A DNA stretch of 35,842 bases from Sarea resinae (Eukaryota). The notes under the pieces were generated by a model. It saw nothing but the letters and a program-made list of their open reading frames with translations, did not search any database and was not told the origin of the DNA. This document shows positions 35,601-35,842 of this stretch, in pieces. The stretch's first letter is position 1; each line of letters begins with the position of its first letter. The stretch is taken from contig JAPEUD010000058.1 of the NCBI GenBank assembly GCA_026026165.1, positions 124,001-159,842 of the forward strand, written 5' to 3'. The position numbers and the translations under genes were made by a program.

Positions 35601-35758
35601 CGCTGTTCGACAATCAAACTTCTAGGCAGTCTAGAAGAAAAGATTGCTGGATTGTCTAGAAGGAAAAAAACTCTCTGTGCGCCGCGCGCTCGCTCTGCCT
35701 GTCAGCTATTTGGCCGGCTAGGCCGGCCTAAACCAAGTAGCCTCGCAGCAGTAGGGTT
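35601..35758 (+). repeat. Right copy of the ~150-bp direct repeat flanking the TLH ORF
   Basis: CGCTGTT...AAACTTCTAGGCAGTCTAGAAGAAAA...CTCTCT...GCCTGTCAGCTATTTGGCCGGCTAGGCCGGC...TAGGGTT. Confidence 0.7.
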
Positions 35759-35842
35759 GCCACTAGTTAGACGCGATAAAACATTGCCTCTAGTGCTCCT
35801 AGCCTTACCTCTGACCCTCTATGCTGCGCTGGCGCTGCTCGC

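Overview
Filamentous-ascomycete (Pezizomycotina-like) genomic DNA, judged from short GT-AG introns with CTRAC branch sites and from RIP-type damage. It looks like an accessory or subtelomeric region with three parts. (1) 1-6.3 kb: two orphan genes, each broken by only one or two lesions. (2) 6.4-27.7 kb: an apparently intact secondary-metabolite cluster. It holds a serine beta-lactamase/LovD-like esterase, a metal-dependent amidohydrolase, a dead SAM methyltransferase, a highly reducing PKS (KS-AT-DH-degenerate MT-ER-KR-ACP) fused to a C-terminal carnitine-acyltransferase (cAT) domain, a DHA2 MFS pump and a D-2-hydroxyacid dehydrogenase. (3) 27.7-35.8 kb: a RIP-destroyed AT-rich repeat block, then a RIP-inactivated telomere-linked helicase (TLH)-type gene in one reading frame. 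Between its DUF3505-like N-terminus and its RecQ helicase, this gene shows a tyrosine-recombinase-like R-K-R-H-Y set of residues. It is flanked by ~150-bp direct repeats that carry a 19-bp palindrome and end in TAGGGTT, which suggests a self-mobilising recombinase-helicase element. All calls come from manual translation and motif recognition; no database searches were run.
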